From Octopus bimaculoides (lineage: Eukaryota): a DNA stretch of 64,000 nucleotides. Below, in pieces: positions 11,351 to 25,189 of the stretch (within the stretch, counting starts at the first letter, position 1; the number at the start of each line of letters is the position of its first letter). The notes under the pieces are model-generated. The model did no database searches and was not told the DNA's origin. It was given only the letters and a program-made list of their open reading frames with translations. The stretch covers positions 56,638,397-56,702,396 of the forward strand of contig NC_068986.1 in NCBI RefSeq assembly GCF_001194135.2. The letters are read 5' to 3'. A program made the translations under genes and the position numbers.

Positions 11351-12556
11351 AATACAACCTGGTATTTTGCATCGCACAGGAATACTGTGACCGTAGTATT
11401 CATACTTTCACGTGTTCTTAAAGAGCAAGCAGCACTAAGAAGATTCTTTTGAGATTCTCGAGCAGACGGTTCCTTAAAAAAAACTGGGATACGCCAAAGT
11501 CAGTTGATTAAAATGATCTCAATAGTAGACAAGCACTAAGGTTTTTTTTTTTTTTTACATATTATATTGTTTAGAGATATATTGACCGATGATTTTCACA
11601 CGGTTAGGTTTTATCACAAATACTAGAGCATTCACTCAGTTCAACTATTTGTAAAGTAGAGCTTGGTTTTATATCTTTCTTTCATTATTTCGTTATCCAG
11701 TTATTTATCCGTCGATCATCCTTTGTAGAATGTTGTGTTTATACTCTCATATATGTACAATAGGAAGAATGGACACGCTGAATCTAAATGTAGTGGTAGA
11801 TTTAACGGAGTCGGTAATGGTATGAAAGTTTCTGGCGACGTGAAAGAAAAAAGATGTGGACTTCATAACGATAAATTGCTACAACATGCTTTTAGCATGT
11901 TCCAGCATTCAATAAATATTCTTTGACAATGACAAAATAAAAGAAAAGATATAAAAAGCTAAAAATAAAGAGCAAAAACAGCAACAACGAAACAAATAGA
12001 AAATGTTATTTTAGTGAACGAGAGGTTTGGTGTTAACTTTGCATAAATGTCATTTCGAGATCAAATGACGTTCTTTTCTCAATTTAATCCTTCATTAATC
12101 CAATGAAAATTTCGCTGGACAAAAGCTATGAAAGAAAACAGGGAAGTTGATGAAGACCTCAGCAATGCACTTGCTCAGGCGTGAAGACATTTCCGGTCGC
12201 AACTCTTCAAAGGCTTCTTCATTCATACTCGTTAGATTGCAATGTCAAGTACTCTCTCTCCTCTCCCTCCTGCTTTTCATCATGTCTCTTTCAGCTGGTA
12301 TCATGATTTATTTCGTTTTCCTCTTTCTGTCTGCTCCTCTATTTCTCTGTTTATCAGTCTGTTCGTCAGTCTCCTTGTTAAACTCATACTCTTTTAGTCA
12401 GCCTCTCTCTCTCTCTTTTTCTCTTTCTCTCCTCCTCCTCCTCCTCCTCTTTTCATACATACACAATGAGAAACAGCAAAGACATAGCCACAAACTCCTA
12501 CATACTAGATTTATACATACATCATACATATATCTATTTAAAAATACAGTAATAGA

Positions 12557-12598
<42 letters not shown>

Positions 12599-12709
12599 NN
12601 NNNNNNNNNNNNNNNNNNNNNNNNNNNNNNNNNNNNNNNNNNNNNNNNNNNNNNNNNNNNNNNNNNNNNNNNNNNNNNNNNNNNNNATATATATACATAC
12701 ATACATACA

Positions 12710-12760
<51 letters not shown>

Positions 12761-13057
12761 ATGTAAAGAGAAAGAGAGAGACGTGCATATATACATAAGT
12801 GTATACATAAATATATACATAAATTTATATTTATATACACACACACTTGTATAATTCAATTATTATACATATTTTCTGTTTATATATGCATTACTTCTAT
12901 AACTATTCATCTAACTAGTACATCATCTATATATCAGAGTATCCATCCATCCATCTGTCTGCCTGCCTGTCTGTTTGCCTGTCTGTCTAACTAATTACAC
13001 ACACATGGATGCACATAAATATATGCATGTGTGTATGTATATATAAATGTGCGTGTG

Positions 13058-13131
<74 letters not shown>

Positions 13132-15062
13132 CACAAGCGTTATATAGATATACTCTTTTCTTTTTCATTTCTCTCAAATTCTGTCCGACTGCCTCTCTTT
13201 CTTTGTGTATGTATGTGCATATATATAAGTACTTGATCATACGCACGCATACACATACGCACACATATACAAGCACACAAACATAAACACACACACACAC
13301 ACACACACAATGTGATTTGCATAGTGATGTCCACATATGCCTTTCTATTTGCTTCAAGATGCATATACGCACATTAGACGGCTAAAGGATGATGGTATTT
13401 ACAAATAAACACAAATATACACAAAGAACCTATAGAGGCAAATTCGCACAGTTGCACAAATACACACCCACGCACGCATACACATGCATACTTACACACA
13501 CACTTATATGCACAAACTCACAACCACATAGGAACACGGAGGTAGATATATACACATTTGCTAACATAAAAACACGCACATCCATTGATTTACATAGAAA
13601 GATGCCACACTGCCTTACTACTTTAAAGCCTCCTTTTAAATGTGCTTTCAAAACACTCCAACGATGGCTGGCTTAATTATTCATATACATTTACACTACA
13701 TATAGATGTGAGAATGTGTGTATACATCCGTCTAAATTAATTTGTGTATAATATACACCATCTGTTAATGTGTTCTCACGTATTTGCATATAGATGTGTC
13801 TGCATACATGCGTACATACCTACATGCATACATACATACATACATACATACATGCATACATACATACACATATTTACATATGTGTATATATATATATATA
13901 TATATATNNNNNNNNNNNNNNNNNNNNNNNNNNNNNNNNNNNNNNNNNNNNNNNNNNNNNNNNNNNNNNNNNNNNNNNNNNNNNNNNNNNNNNNNNNNNN
14001 NNNNNNNNNNNNNNNNNNNNNNNNNNNNNNNNNNNNNNNNNNNNNNNNNNNNNNNNNNNNNNNNNNNNNNNNNNNNNNNNNNNNNNNNNNNNNNNNNNNN
14101 NNNNNNNNNNNNNNNNNNNNNNNNNNNNNNNNNNNNNNNNNNNNNNNNNNNNNNNNNNNNNNNNNNNNNNNNNNNNNNNNNNNNNNNNNNNNNNNNNNNN
14201 NNNNNNNNNNNNNNNNNNNNNNNNNNNNNNNNNNNNNNNNNNNNNNNNNNNNNNNNNNNNNNNNNNNNNNNNNNNNNNNNNNNNNNNNNNNNNNNNNNNN
14301 NNNNNNNNNNNNNNNNNNNNNNNNNNNNNNNNNNNNNNNNNNNNNNNNNNNNNNNNNNNNNNNNNNNNNNNNNNNNNNNNNNNNNNNNNNNNNNNNNNNN
14401 NNNNNNNNNNNNNNNNNNNATATATACATAGGAGCATTTATACATATACACATATACTCTCACACACGCCCATACATATATAATTGAAATGAACTTTCTA
14501 AATTCATAAGATGCTAGCGCGCGAAGAGAACATAGTAGATAGTCGTTCATTTGTAATAGCCCTCTCGTTCCCTCTCTCCACCAATTTCTCACGCGTTCCT
14601 ACTTGTCCTCGTCCCACCCGCCTCAATAAAATAAAATATAACAAGATAAAATAAAATATTAATCCGTCGAGTTAAGTGGCTAGACATTCACGTGCCATAA
14701 TCGTTAGGTGAAAAGTGTTTTCGTGTTTGGCATTGATTCACCAAAGAATGCAAACTAGAAAGCAATGATATACAGCAGCAGTTTCTTTGAAGGCAGACCT
14801 TTTGTCCGGTAGCTTTAAGAGCAATAGGCGAAAATAACATGTTTACAGCGGTACTGAGATGAGGAATAGATGACATGAGGTATGTATGTATCTGGCGGGG
14901 AGAGTTTTATGGTTTACGTGTACGTATATGCATATGTATGTGGGTAATGCTTAAATTGGTGTGCTTTTTCGGTCTTCATATTTGGGTGTGTGGCGTTTTC
15001 AAAGTCATTGTACATGCATACATACATATATGCACACATACGTAAATATATATATATATACA

Positions 15063-15093
<31 letters not shown>

Positions 15094-15118
15094 GATATAC
15101 ATACATATATACATGCAT

Positions 15119-15163
<45 letters not shown>

Positions 15164-15208
15164 CTCTCATCCTTCCATATATATATGTGTGTATATATCT
15201 ATATATGC

Positions 15209-15242
<34 letters not shown>

Positions 15243-15911
15243 NNNNNNNNNNNNNNNNNNNNNNNNNNNNNNNNNNNNNNNNNNNNNNNNNNNNNNNNNN
15301 NNNNNNNNNNNNNNNNNNNNNNTATATATATTTATATATACATATATATATACATACGTACGTTTATGAACGTGTGTGTGATAATGTGCTTGGCCGTGTG
15401 CATGTGCAAATGTATACTTTGTGTATGTACCAAAGTGAGTTTCAGTGCATGTGTGTGTGATAGGGAGAGAGGGAGGGGGAAAAAGAAAGAGAGAGGGAGA
15501 TAGAGAGAGTACAGGAGAGTAGGGAAAGAAATACTAAGATGAGAACATTGATAGCAAACTGGGAGAAATCAGGGGAAGGATTTTTACATGAAGACCTATT
15601 GATAATAAGTAGAAGAGAAATAAGGTGAGTAACGAAGTGGCTCAATAAATAGACGTAAGAACGAGCGAGACATATAGAGATAGATAGATAGATAGATAGA
15701 TATATATATAGAGAGAGAGAAAACTAGAAGAGAGAAAGGGACAGAAAGAAAGGCAGGTAGGAGAATAGAGTGAACATCCATTTTAAGAGGGTGAATGTGT
15801 GTGGGAAGTAACATGCATACAAGTACATAACATACACTTACGCACACACACGTACATACGCATACACACACAACGCGCACACACAGGCTATATAGGAAAA
15901 GATAAGGTGAA

Positions 15912-15951
<40 letters not shown>

Positions 15952-16179
15952 TGGGAAAAAAGTGAAAGGTTCGTGAGCGGTAATAAATAAGGAAGACTTT
16001 AAGGCATAATAAAGAAACACTACAGTGAGGGTAAAGGAGATTAGAGGCAAAAACTATGAAATGGATTTAAGTAGGAATGATATGGCTTGAAAATTAGATA
16101 AGCTATCAGACAAGCAGATAGATAGACAGATCAACAGAGAGATTGACAGACAGACGGATAGATTGACAGACAGACAGAC

Positions 16180-16214
<35 letters not shown>

Positions 16215-16288
16215 CACAGTTGGAAAGACTGATAGGCAAATAGATAGACCTGTAGGCCGCTTGGTGACTGATTACGAAGCTTGTAGAA

Positions 16289-16640
16289 CAGTGGTTCTCA
16301 ACCGGGGTCCATATGGCCCCTGGGGTCCGCATAAGATTTTTGGGGTCCACGCAACAAAGTAGTAAATTGGGGATCCACAGTAATGTTTAAGGGCCCCTAA
16401 GAAATGTCGCTTTAGATGTGTGTTGCAAGAAACAGCTCAGTTTCTTTCTCTAACATTTTACTTAGTTCAAACTACACAAGTTCATGTGTGATAAACGAAA
16501 TAGTAATTTTGAAAGGAGATTTTGTGCAACTAGTTTTTTTAAACATTGAATAGCTTTGCTGATCCACCTGAATAAAATCGTAATCAAAGGGTTCCATGGA
16601 TAAAAAAATAATAATTTTAAAAAATGATTGGGAACCCTTG
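16289..16640 (+). mobile_element. hAT (Charlie-like) non-autonomous MITE
   Basis: TIRs CAGTGGTTCTCAACC and GATTGGGAACCCTTG. The 8-bp flanks TTGTAGAA and ATGTAGAG match 6/8, consistent with a hAT target-site duplication. Confidence 0.85.
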
Positions 16641-17201
16641 ATGTAGAGCGATGGTTAAATAAAGTGATAAATACCACAAATTGATAGATAGTAGGCTGGT
16701 TAGTAGGAAGCTAAATTAAGAAAAGAAAATATATTAACTTGCAAATAGTCAGAGAATCGTAACAGAAGTAAGTGTAAAAACAGATAGATGGGTAGTAAAT
16801 TATAAATAAATAGGTACATAGGTAGATAAGTAGTTATGATATAAAATAGGTACATAGGTAGATAGGTAGTTATAAATATGTCCATAAATAGATAAATAAA
16901 TAGATAGATAGGTAGATAGTTATGATATTCAGACAAACTGAAAACAAAAATACAATCTCAGGCATAACTATATATATTTTCAGTAAATTTTTATGCTTTT
17001 TTTTTTTCAATCAAATTCCCTGCATGATAAAAAAAAGCGCTGGGCATTAATTCATTGAGCATTCTCGAAGAATCCTGCTTTGGAATGAATTTCTTGATGT
17101 ATTCTGGAAAATGATATACAAATAATTCCTTAGAAGGATAGATTTATTGATAGATAAATTGATTCGTAGATAACTAGATAGACAGATAAATTAATTGATA
17201 A

Positions 17202-17272
<71 letters not shown>

Positions 17273-17361
17273 CAGATAGACAGATAGATAGATAGATATA
17301 TATAGATAGATAAGCAATCGAACTTATACTTAAATTAAATCACTATATATGAACTCGGAAG

Positions 17362-17440
<79 letters not shown>

Positions 17441-17804
17441 TCGAACACTCATATATTGAAGTATACATCCCTCCACCGCACAGGTACCCAAATTTTCGTA
17501 TGTGAAGATGGATACTTTGTGATCATGATACTATTTAGGTATGTTTTTAATGCTATAGTTATCTGTGAATACAGAATACGAGTGCTTTTACAACAACTGA
17601 CTCATATAAAAGTCTTTTATCTAAATGCATGCTCTGATGCAAGTTTCAGGTCTCTGCTGGGCATATAAACTGATAGTTGCAATAATATTAAAAAAATCGG
17701 TTACAAAAGACAAACTTATTTAATGTCTCTTTATTTCTATGTATGACACACTAATTGATGTTTCGATACTGAATTCGAATCAGCGAGGAAGCTTTTACAC
17801 GGTC

Positions 17805-17929
17805 TCACAACTTGCTAGACATAGTACCCTAAACTCTCTTAAATTTACACTTTGCTGTTTAAAAAAAGAGGAATACATTAGATAGATTGGTCCTCGATAT
17901 AACTACACCATCTTTAAAAAAACGAAACA

Positions 17930-17976
<47 letters not shown>

Positions 17977-18345
17977 GAACGGGATTTTCCCAATTGGAAC
18001 GACTTTGATCTTACTCTCTTTAAAATGGAGTGATACACTGTCTGGTGCTGAAACTGACACCCCTAACTTCTTTATACTACGCTCTACCATTAAAAAACGG
18101 GGGACTTATTTGATAACGTAATCCCGGCTATAAAGAACACAATCCTTGAAAGAAGAAACTAGATGAGATGGTCACGTCTGCAACAATTTTGATCTCATAA
18201 AGGAAGAAACATGCTCGATAATATAGTTCTAGATTTGCCATATTCGGCGGGAGTACAGAATGGTCTTGACTGGAAGACTTTTGAGCATAGATCTAGTCAA
18301 AGTTAACTTGAGCTAAATAGCAACAACACAAACAACGAAAAGAAC
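17805..18345 (+). mobile_element. Two decayed copies of dispersed repeat family C (GCTAGAAATAGCAGCCAAATCTC head ... GGGCTAAACAACAAC tail)
   Basis: The same motif order recurs at 41505-41685, 49960-50165 and, inverted, at 42410-42610. Confidence 0.6.
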
Positions 18346-18699
18346 AAGAAATTCAACTGTCATAATCTCTCATTGGATCACATAAGTTGATTTGAGATAC
18401 TATTTGTCTGCTCTTTATCAGCTTGGGATGGATAATATTCATCTATATGTCGTATCCTTGCACTTATTTGGATTACTCCAATAACACTGAGTACCTCTGA
18501 ATTCAAAGGCGCGCGCGCGTATACACACACATGCACACACATTCTTTTGAGGTCGTGTATTGAAATCTGATCATAACGACCATTTTCTTAACGGAGTGAT
18601 CTTTGTTAGCTTTGTAGTCATATTTTTGTACGTCGAGATCTATTGTGGCAGGAGAATATATATTTCATGATGGTGGTGGTAATAATAGTGGCAACCACA

Positions 18700-19335
18700 G
18701 ATGTATCACAAAAGAAACATCCATATTCTCGCATCTGATCTTTCATAGGTTCAAATACCTCATGTTCTGATCTTCGTTGTGCATCTTTATCCCTTCGGCT
18801 GAGCGTTGGCCATGGTGTTACTGGCCATGACACATCTGCGGGAAGCCAGCATATAAGCACCCTTATAACACGTTGTAGCCACTGCAAATGGCACTGAGTG
18901 GCTTTAATACTTTAACAGACTGAATGTGAGATAAACAATCAGGCCAGGTAGTTATCCGGTTACGCTGGAGGGAGCTCATGTGGAAGGACTCTAAGGGCTT
19001 AATGTAAAAACTGCAAGCTCCCCTGTCTTCCCAAATATAAATAATGTAGAGATACTAACTTCTTGATATATGATGTATTTTGTGGGAGAATAACAGTTCT
19101 TGAACTGAATGACTCTGCGTCTGAGTATTTCTAAGGCAGTCAATGCCTGTTTAATGTGGTTATAAACAGGTATTGAGAGAATACTACTCAGATATTCAAA
19201 TGATTGCATTATGTATTGATGTGTCTTTTTCGCCAGTTGGATCACATATATCCTAGTGGTATTGACTTCCCAAAGTAGAAATATATTAATCATTTAATAA
19301 GACATAAGCATTTTACTTCTTTACATTCTATATGC

Positions 19336-19400
<65 letters not shown>

Positions 19401-20110
19401 TATTCCATAAACAGCATTTTTGAAATTCAAGCATTTTCTCTAGAGATAACATTTTTTGTAAGTTTTCTCTTTCCACTATTGGAACGCTTCCAAAGTTCCA
19501 TTGATATAGTGAATTCACTTGGCGTAGAAAAAGATTTAGCGTAAAAGAATCTCCAATTCTACTGACAGCACCATACAGAAGATTATAAGTGGAATCTGGA
19601 GTTTGGGACATAAATGCTATCATCTGAAAAGTTTTGCTCTGGACTTTTGTTGCGATTTGTGATTTGCAGCACGAGACCAAAATATGGATTGTTTACTGGA
19701 GACTACCATCAGCAGGAAGCATTAAAATGTCACAATGATGACCCCCGTACGGCATTGTGAACACACCTGTGATGGAAAATGTTAACATTAACTAGTTGAA
19801 GTGCATCTGTATCATGGTGTGAAGTCCTATCTACGAAAAAAATATCGATTATTTCGATAGTAACTTCTGTATCGAGCAGTATCTCACGTCAAAATTTGTT
19901 CACGTTGTTCACGAGTTAATTGTTCTCTTGCATTTCGATGTTCAACAACATTTGGTCCAAAAATTTCAACTTTCCGTTCTTGTCGCTGTTTCTGCTTGCC
20001 GAAGAGATTTTCTTCGCTTCTGATTTAGCCAGTCGCGATTTCCGCATATCTAAGCACTGCTTCGTTGCTTGTCGTCGGGCATTTACACGTTGGCCCGTGT
20101 AATTTAGAAT
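18700..20110 (-). pseudogene. Heavily degenerate Helitron-like Rep (N-terminal) remnant
   Basis: Motifs occur in Helitron order and spacing across frameshifts: EQLTREQREQIL repeats (~19900), CC (~19670), YNLLYG..FLRQVNSLYQWNFG (~19510), AP...GLIV (~18950), LQRV (~18875), MREY (~18730). Confidence 0.5.
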
Positions 20111-21304
20111 ATGTAGCCTTGAGTTCTAAATTATTCTTTTGTAAAGTATATTTATTAAAAATAATTATAAGAAATCTACTATATGTCTCAAATAACAAAA
20201 AGGAAACGACTGACGTTCTAATAAAAAGAATTGCATTATTATGTAAATATTTCATATTCAACATCTCTATGTCTTTATCTATATATGACGTACTAGAATA
20301 GAATATAATTTAGGAATTCCTTAATTTTTTGAAATAATTATCTAATCTCTTCAAATTTATCTTTGACTGTCGCTAGCATTTATCGATAAATAATTTTGTT
20401 TTTCTCAAACAAAAAGTATGGTCTAGTAACCGTTACACCATCTCTTACCAGGTTCATCTAAATTCATGGCACTGGCCTATATGAATTATATCCCTTTCAT
20501 AATCATGTCCTAAAATCTGGCCTAAACGCTACGTAGCTCTTTCTCTATGCGCAAAATCTCTGTTGACTAATCACATAAGATCTGTTATTGTGCCTTCTAA
20601 CAAAGATCAGATTTCCTGCCCTTAAACATGAAAATAAAGTTTGTAAAAATTAGTTATAATTTGAAACTATCTCCCTTTTTCTTAACTATTCGCTAATAAG
20701 CAGCACTCGTTTCTTACGTTTTCTTTGTACAAGGAAATGGAAAATTTAAATTAAACGAGGATTATATGTATATGCCATTCATTACTATATCACATTGCAT
20801 AATTCATATAAATTTACGCCATTGAATCATTCGAGTAATACTCCATAGGTCATTATGATTGTTTTTATATATGTAAAATCTCTGAAACAGACAAAGCATG
20901 CTCCAGTTTGACAATTCTTAGCTGACGATATTCCAGCAAGACTTAAACATGTCTTGCCTGCTCAGATTTCTCTAGAACAGGAAAATTATTTGTGTGCCAT
21001 CAATTTTAAATTACTCTTGAAATTATTTTCTTTCTTCTTTCATTGTAGCTAACTGTTACCATTAAATTTTTGTTTTCTTTCTCCAAATAAGAAAATCTTA
21101 ATTAATTAAGAATTTAGCGTGTACGTTATTCAGTAGGGTACACTTCAGGTTTTGCATTCACCAAATTATACAAGCGCCAAAATGCTAGGATTGGAACACA
21201 GAACAGAGCCTTCCACTGAAAGTTAGAAAATATACGACCCTATAACGAGCGAAGCACACAGTCTGTATGCGAGTATTCTGGACCGCTGCCATAAATGACC
21301 TAAT

Positions 21305-21472
21305 ATAGGTACAAGACCCAAAATTTGGTGGGAGAGCGTTAGTTAATACCATTGATCCCGGTGTTTGACTGGTATCTTATTTTATTGACTCCGGAGGAGG
21401 CAAAGTTAACCTCAGTAGTATTTCAACTTCGAATGCAAAGAAACAAGACATATGCTCTAACAATTCTGCCGC
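21305..21472 (-). mobile_element. SINE family B, decayed
   Basis: GGTACAAGACCCAAAATTTGG...GGCAAAGTTAACCTCAG. Confidence 0.7.
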
Positions 21473-22399
21473 ATAATAATCAAATATTTAGTGAATAAAA
21501 CTTTTTAATCATTTTCTGAAACATAGTGGAGAAATTCTCTACCGTACAGCAGTCCAATTTTTCTCAGTTAATCATTACCTTGTTTTATATTATATTCGAT
21601 TACGAAATGTTCACTTTGTGTTGTGTAAATAGCAAATATAATGGCCATACTAGTGTTACATTACTTTGCTGATTGCTTATGCATTTTCAGCTTTCACAGA
21701 ATAAGCTATTAAATTCTCATCTGCACTACTCTTCAATTTTCCTCTTCTTCCCGTACTCGGTTTTCATTGACAATGTCATCAACATTCAAATATTTTGACA
21801 CTGCTTGGATTTCATCTTCTCGGTTAATACACAAATACACGCCCTACATAGAGAGAGCACGAAAGCATTTTAACAGCACATGACTACCTAACTTCATTTC
21901 ACCTTCAAGCGCCGACTCTCCACATATGAACAAAGCGTATGTAATTATGACTAATATATGCGACAAAGACTAACAAAGCAATATGTACTAATTTACTGCT
22001 CTATATTCATTAACATCCATTCATTGCAATCATACAGTCACATAGCAGCCAAAACTGAAACACTAAAATGCAAATCTATTTTCACGGTCAGAAAATATTC
22101 GACTCCATAGTAGGCGAACTACGTTAATATTTCATCAAGAAGAATGCAGCCATTTACTCCCGCTCATTCATTTGAATCACACTTAAAAATGAAGATATCT
22201 AATCAACAATATTTTAATCTTCATATTTTACCTATGTTTAATCTTCATATCTTACCTATCTACATCGATCGCTGTTAGTAAGAATTTACTGACAGTAAAT
22301 CGCCTGCAAATAAAGCCAAGCATGTAACATGCTTCTGCTCTTAGTTTTATGCCATAAACAGAACATAGTTTGCTCAATATGTTGTAGAAATGTTATCAC

Positions 22400-22885
22400 G
22401 CCGTGCGAAATGCTAAGCGGTATTTCATCTGTCTTTATGTTTTGAGTTCAAATTCGGCTGAGGTCGACTTTGCCTTTCATCCTTTCGGGGTCGATAAATT
22501 AAGTACCGGTTGCGTACTGGAGTCGCTCTAATCGACTGGCACTCTCCCACAAAATTTCGGGCCTTGTAGAAAAAAATATATATTTCTCTAACAGTGTTGC
22601 ATTTTTCTGAAACTGTGCCTTTTTCATGTTCACTAACCGTTATACGTTAGAACTGAGTACTAAACATTATAAATTTTCCCACGCCTGTCTATCTTCTCAA
22701 TTATACGATGCCACAGAAAAATTATTCAGTATTACTTAGAAGGATAAGGCAGCGAGCTGACAGAACAGTTTCCATGCCCGACAAAATGCTTAGCGGCATT
22801 TCTTCTAGCTTTACCTATTATGTTAAAATGCCGACTTTATTTTTCGTCCTTTCGGCGTCGATAAAGTAAGTACCAGTTGAGAACC
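22400..22885 (+). mobile_element. Two SINE family B copies (22400-22570, 22742-22885)
   Basis: GCGAAATGCTAAGCGGTATTTC...GAGTTCAAATTCGGCTGAGGTCGACTTTGCCTTTCATCCTTTCGGGGTCGATAAATTAAGTACC. Confidence 0.9.
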
Positions 22886-23856
22886 ATTTCATTATTATGA
22901 AAAGGAACAACGGCAGGAGAAAGTTGGACTAATGAATTACAGAGTTCAAATCTTGTTCAGGTTGTCCTCAACTTGAACAAGATGTTATTCGCAGCGATAC
23001 TGAAAGAATAATCGTCATTATTAATGCATTGGTATCAATCGCATTAATAAAGGTAATCGTCCAAAACAAAAAAGTCATCCACAGTCGTGTTCAAACATAT
23101 ATTAAATTAGAGTGCTGCGTATTTCACTCAGATAAAATTCAAACCAACTTTAGGCTGAAATTTCAAATTTCACTCCACTTTCCTCTGTTAAGTTGGTAAA
23201 ATAAATAAAAACGGTATACTGTTGTCGACTGCACTTGCTTCATATACAATGTATTTATTTTATGTTGTAGCAAAACGAAATCCAAAACATACTATTCTTA
23301 GCACTACTAGGCACTAAATATATTATGTAGGGTACTTTCAATATAATAGAAACAACAAAACCAAAACAAAAGTTTTCATGTTCCCACGGTACTGTGTTCG
23401 CTGTTGCAGTGAAAGTAAACTATGAAAATAAAACTTTTGCGTAGCAACAAGAATAATAATAGAAATAGTTCCGATCGATTTACTATTACTGACATATTTA
23501 GCAGGTAATAGAAGAGTTACAGGCTAGAAGTAGAATTTGGTGGTTAAATATGTCGAATAAAATTACATTGTACCACTCCCAGATTAAGAATTATTGTTAG
23601 TAATATTAGTATCTTACGCACTATTCGATAGCAATAATGAAACAATTCCAAAGCACGGAGAAAAGAAATAATGGTTTCCGTTGTATGAGCATCGATGTTC
23701 TACTGCAAAACTTACTCCGTTCTGTGTGGATTTATGTGGTCGGGTAGGTGAATGTTCATACATACATACATACATACATACACACACATTTATATATATG
23801 TATATGTGTATGTATATTTATATATGTCTATATATATGTATGTATATATATATATA

Positions 23857-23904
<48 letters not shown>

Positions 23905-24306
23905 TTATATATACATACACCATGCAAAAACACTCACACATATTTGCAAAGTATAGATAAACATGCATATGTGTCCTGCTTTTTATTTTACCAAAACTGT
24001 TGTTTACATATATGTATATAAAATATGTGTATATATGCATGTAGATATGAAAATGGATATATACATACATACATATATTCATACATACAGGCATANNNNN
24101 NNNNNNNNNNNNNNNNNNNNNNNNNNNNNNNNNNNNNNNNNNNNNNNNNNNNNNNNNNNNNNNNNNNNNNNNNNNNNNNNNNNNNNNNNNNNNNNNNNNN
24201 NNNNNNNNNNNNNNNNNNNNNNNNNNNNNNNNNNNNNNNNNNNNNNNNNNNNNNNNNNNNNNNNNNNNNNNNNNNNNNNNNNNNNNNNNNNNNNNNNNNN
24301 NNNNNN

Positions 24307-24367
<61 letters not shown>

Positions 24368-25005
24368 TATGTATATATGTATGTATATATGCATATACAC
24401 ATATATGTACACATTTCTACATATATGTATATCTGTATGTCAACACATACATACAACCATACATACATACATATACAGAGACACTTCCACATATAAAAAC
24501 ACCCTGCCTTATGCATTGTGTGTGTGTGTGTAAATGCATGTGTATTAGCATATGGTATCTGGCAGCACATACGCGCACAATAGTTTCTTTTTTTACTGCT
24601 TGTTTACATTATTGAAGAGGATGCAAATGACACAGAATTTAAGGGTCACTAAATGCTTATGTGCAGCAGCTAACTCATGTTTTCAAGACTCTCCCTCAAT
24701 TTAGAAACAAAAATTCTCTTCTATTCTCTTTATTATTTCATTTTGCCTCATTTTCAGCTTCCGTTCCTTTAACTTCTCTTGTTTCTGTTATCCTTATTTT
24801 CTTTATTTCTCTTCCTCAGTCTTCTCCTTCCCCCCTCTCTTTATTTCTTCCTCGCAATGTTTCTTCCCTACCTTACCTTCCGGTTCCCAACTTGCGACTT
24901 TATTATATCCACCTACCTACCTTCCTACCCACTTATCCACTCATCTTCTCATTACCAGTGTATCTCACCCTACCCTGAATATTTCCTACGTATCGCAAGT
25001 TGGAG

Positions 25006-25027
25006 AAAATGGCGTAGACCACGTGAC
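25006..25027. promoter_or_regulatory. YY1-like site next to an E-box in a CpG-rich patch
   Basis: AAAATGGCG at 25006-25014 and CACGTGAC at 25020-25027, between pyrimidine tracts. Confidence 0.3.
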
Positions 25028-25132
25028 CCATTCAGGTTTATACGATATAACTTGAAAGAACGGTACGAACTGCAATCGTCCTTTCCCTCCTTTTCTTCTT
25101 TCTTCTGTTTAGTTGTGCTCCTTATTCATATT

Positions 25133-25189
<57 letters not shown>

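Noticed and set aside
12105-12230. Short minus-strand ORF MNEEAFEELRPEMSSRLSKCIAEVF...
   Set aside because: 43 codons, with no splice or homology support.
17483-17538. GTQIFVCEDGYFV resembling part of a Sushi/CCP domain between AG and GT
   Set aside because: It lacks the remaining Cys/Trp of the domain and has no adjacent exon.
20451-20990. Minus-strand segments with good splice signals and protein-like bits (LLEYRQLRIVKLEHAL, EILRIEKELRSV)
   Set aside because: All frames between the splice sites contain stops.
22961-23052. Apparent 92-nt plus-strand exon CPQLEQDVIRSDTERIIVIINALVSIALIK
   Set aside because: The acceptor region (GAGTTCAAATC...) looks like a decayed SINE B B-box, and there is no partner exon or homology.
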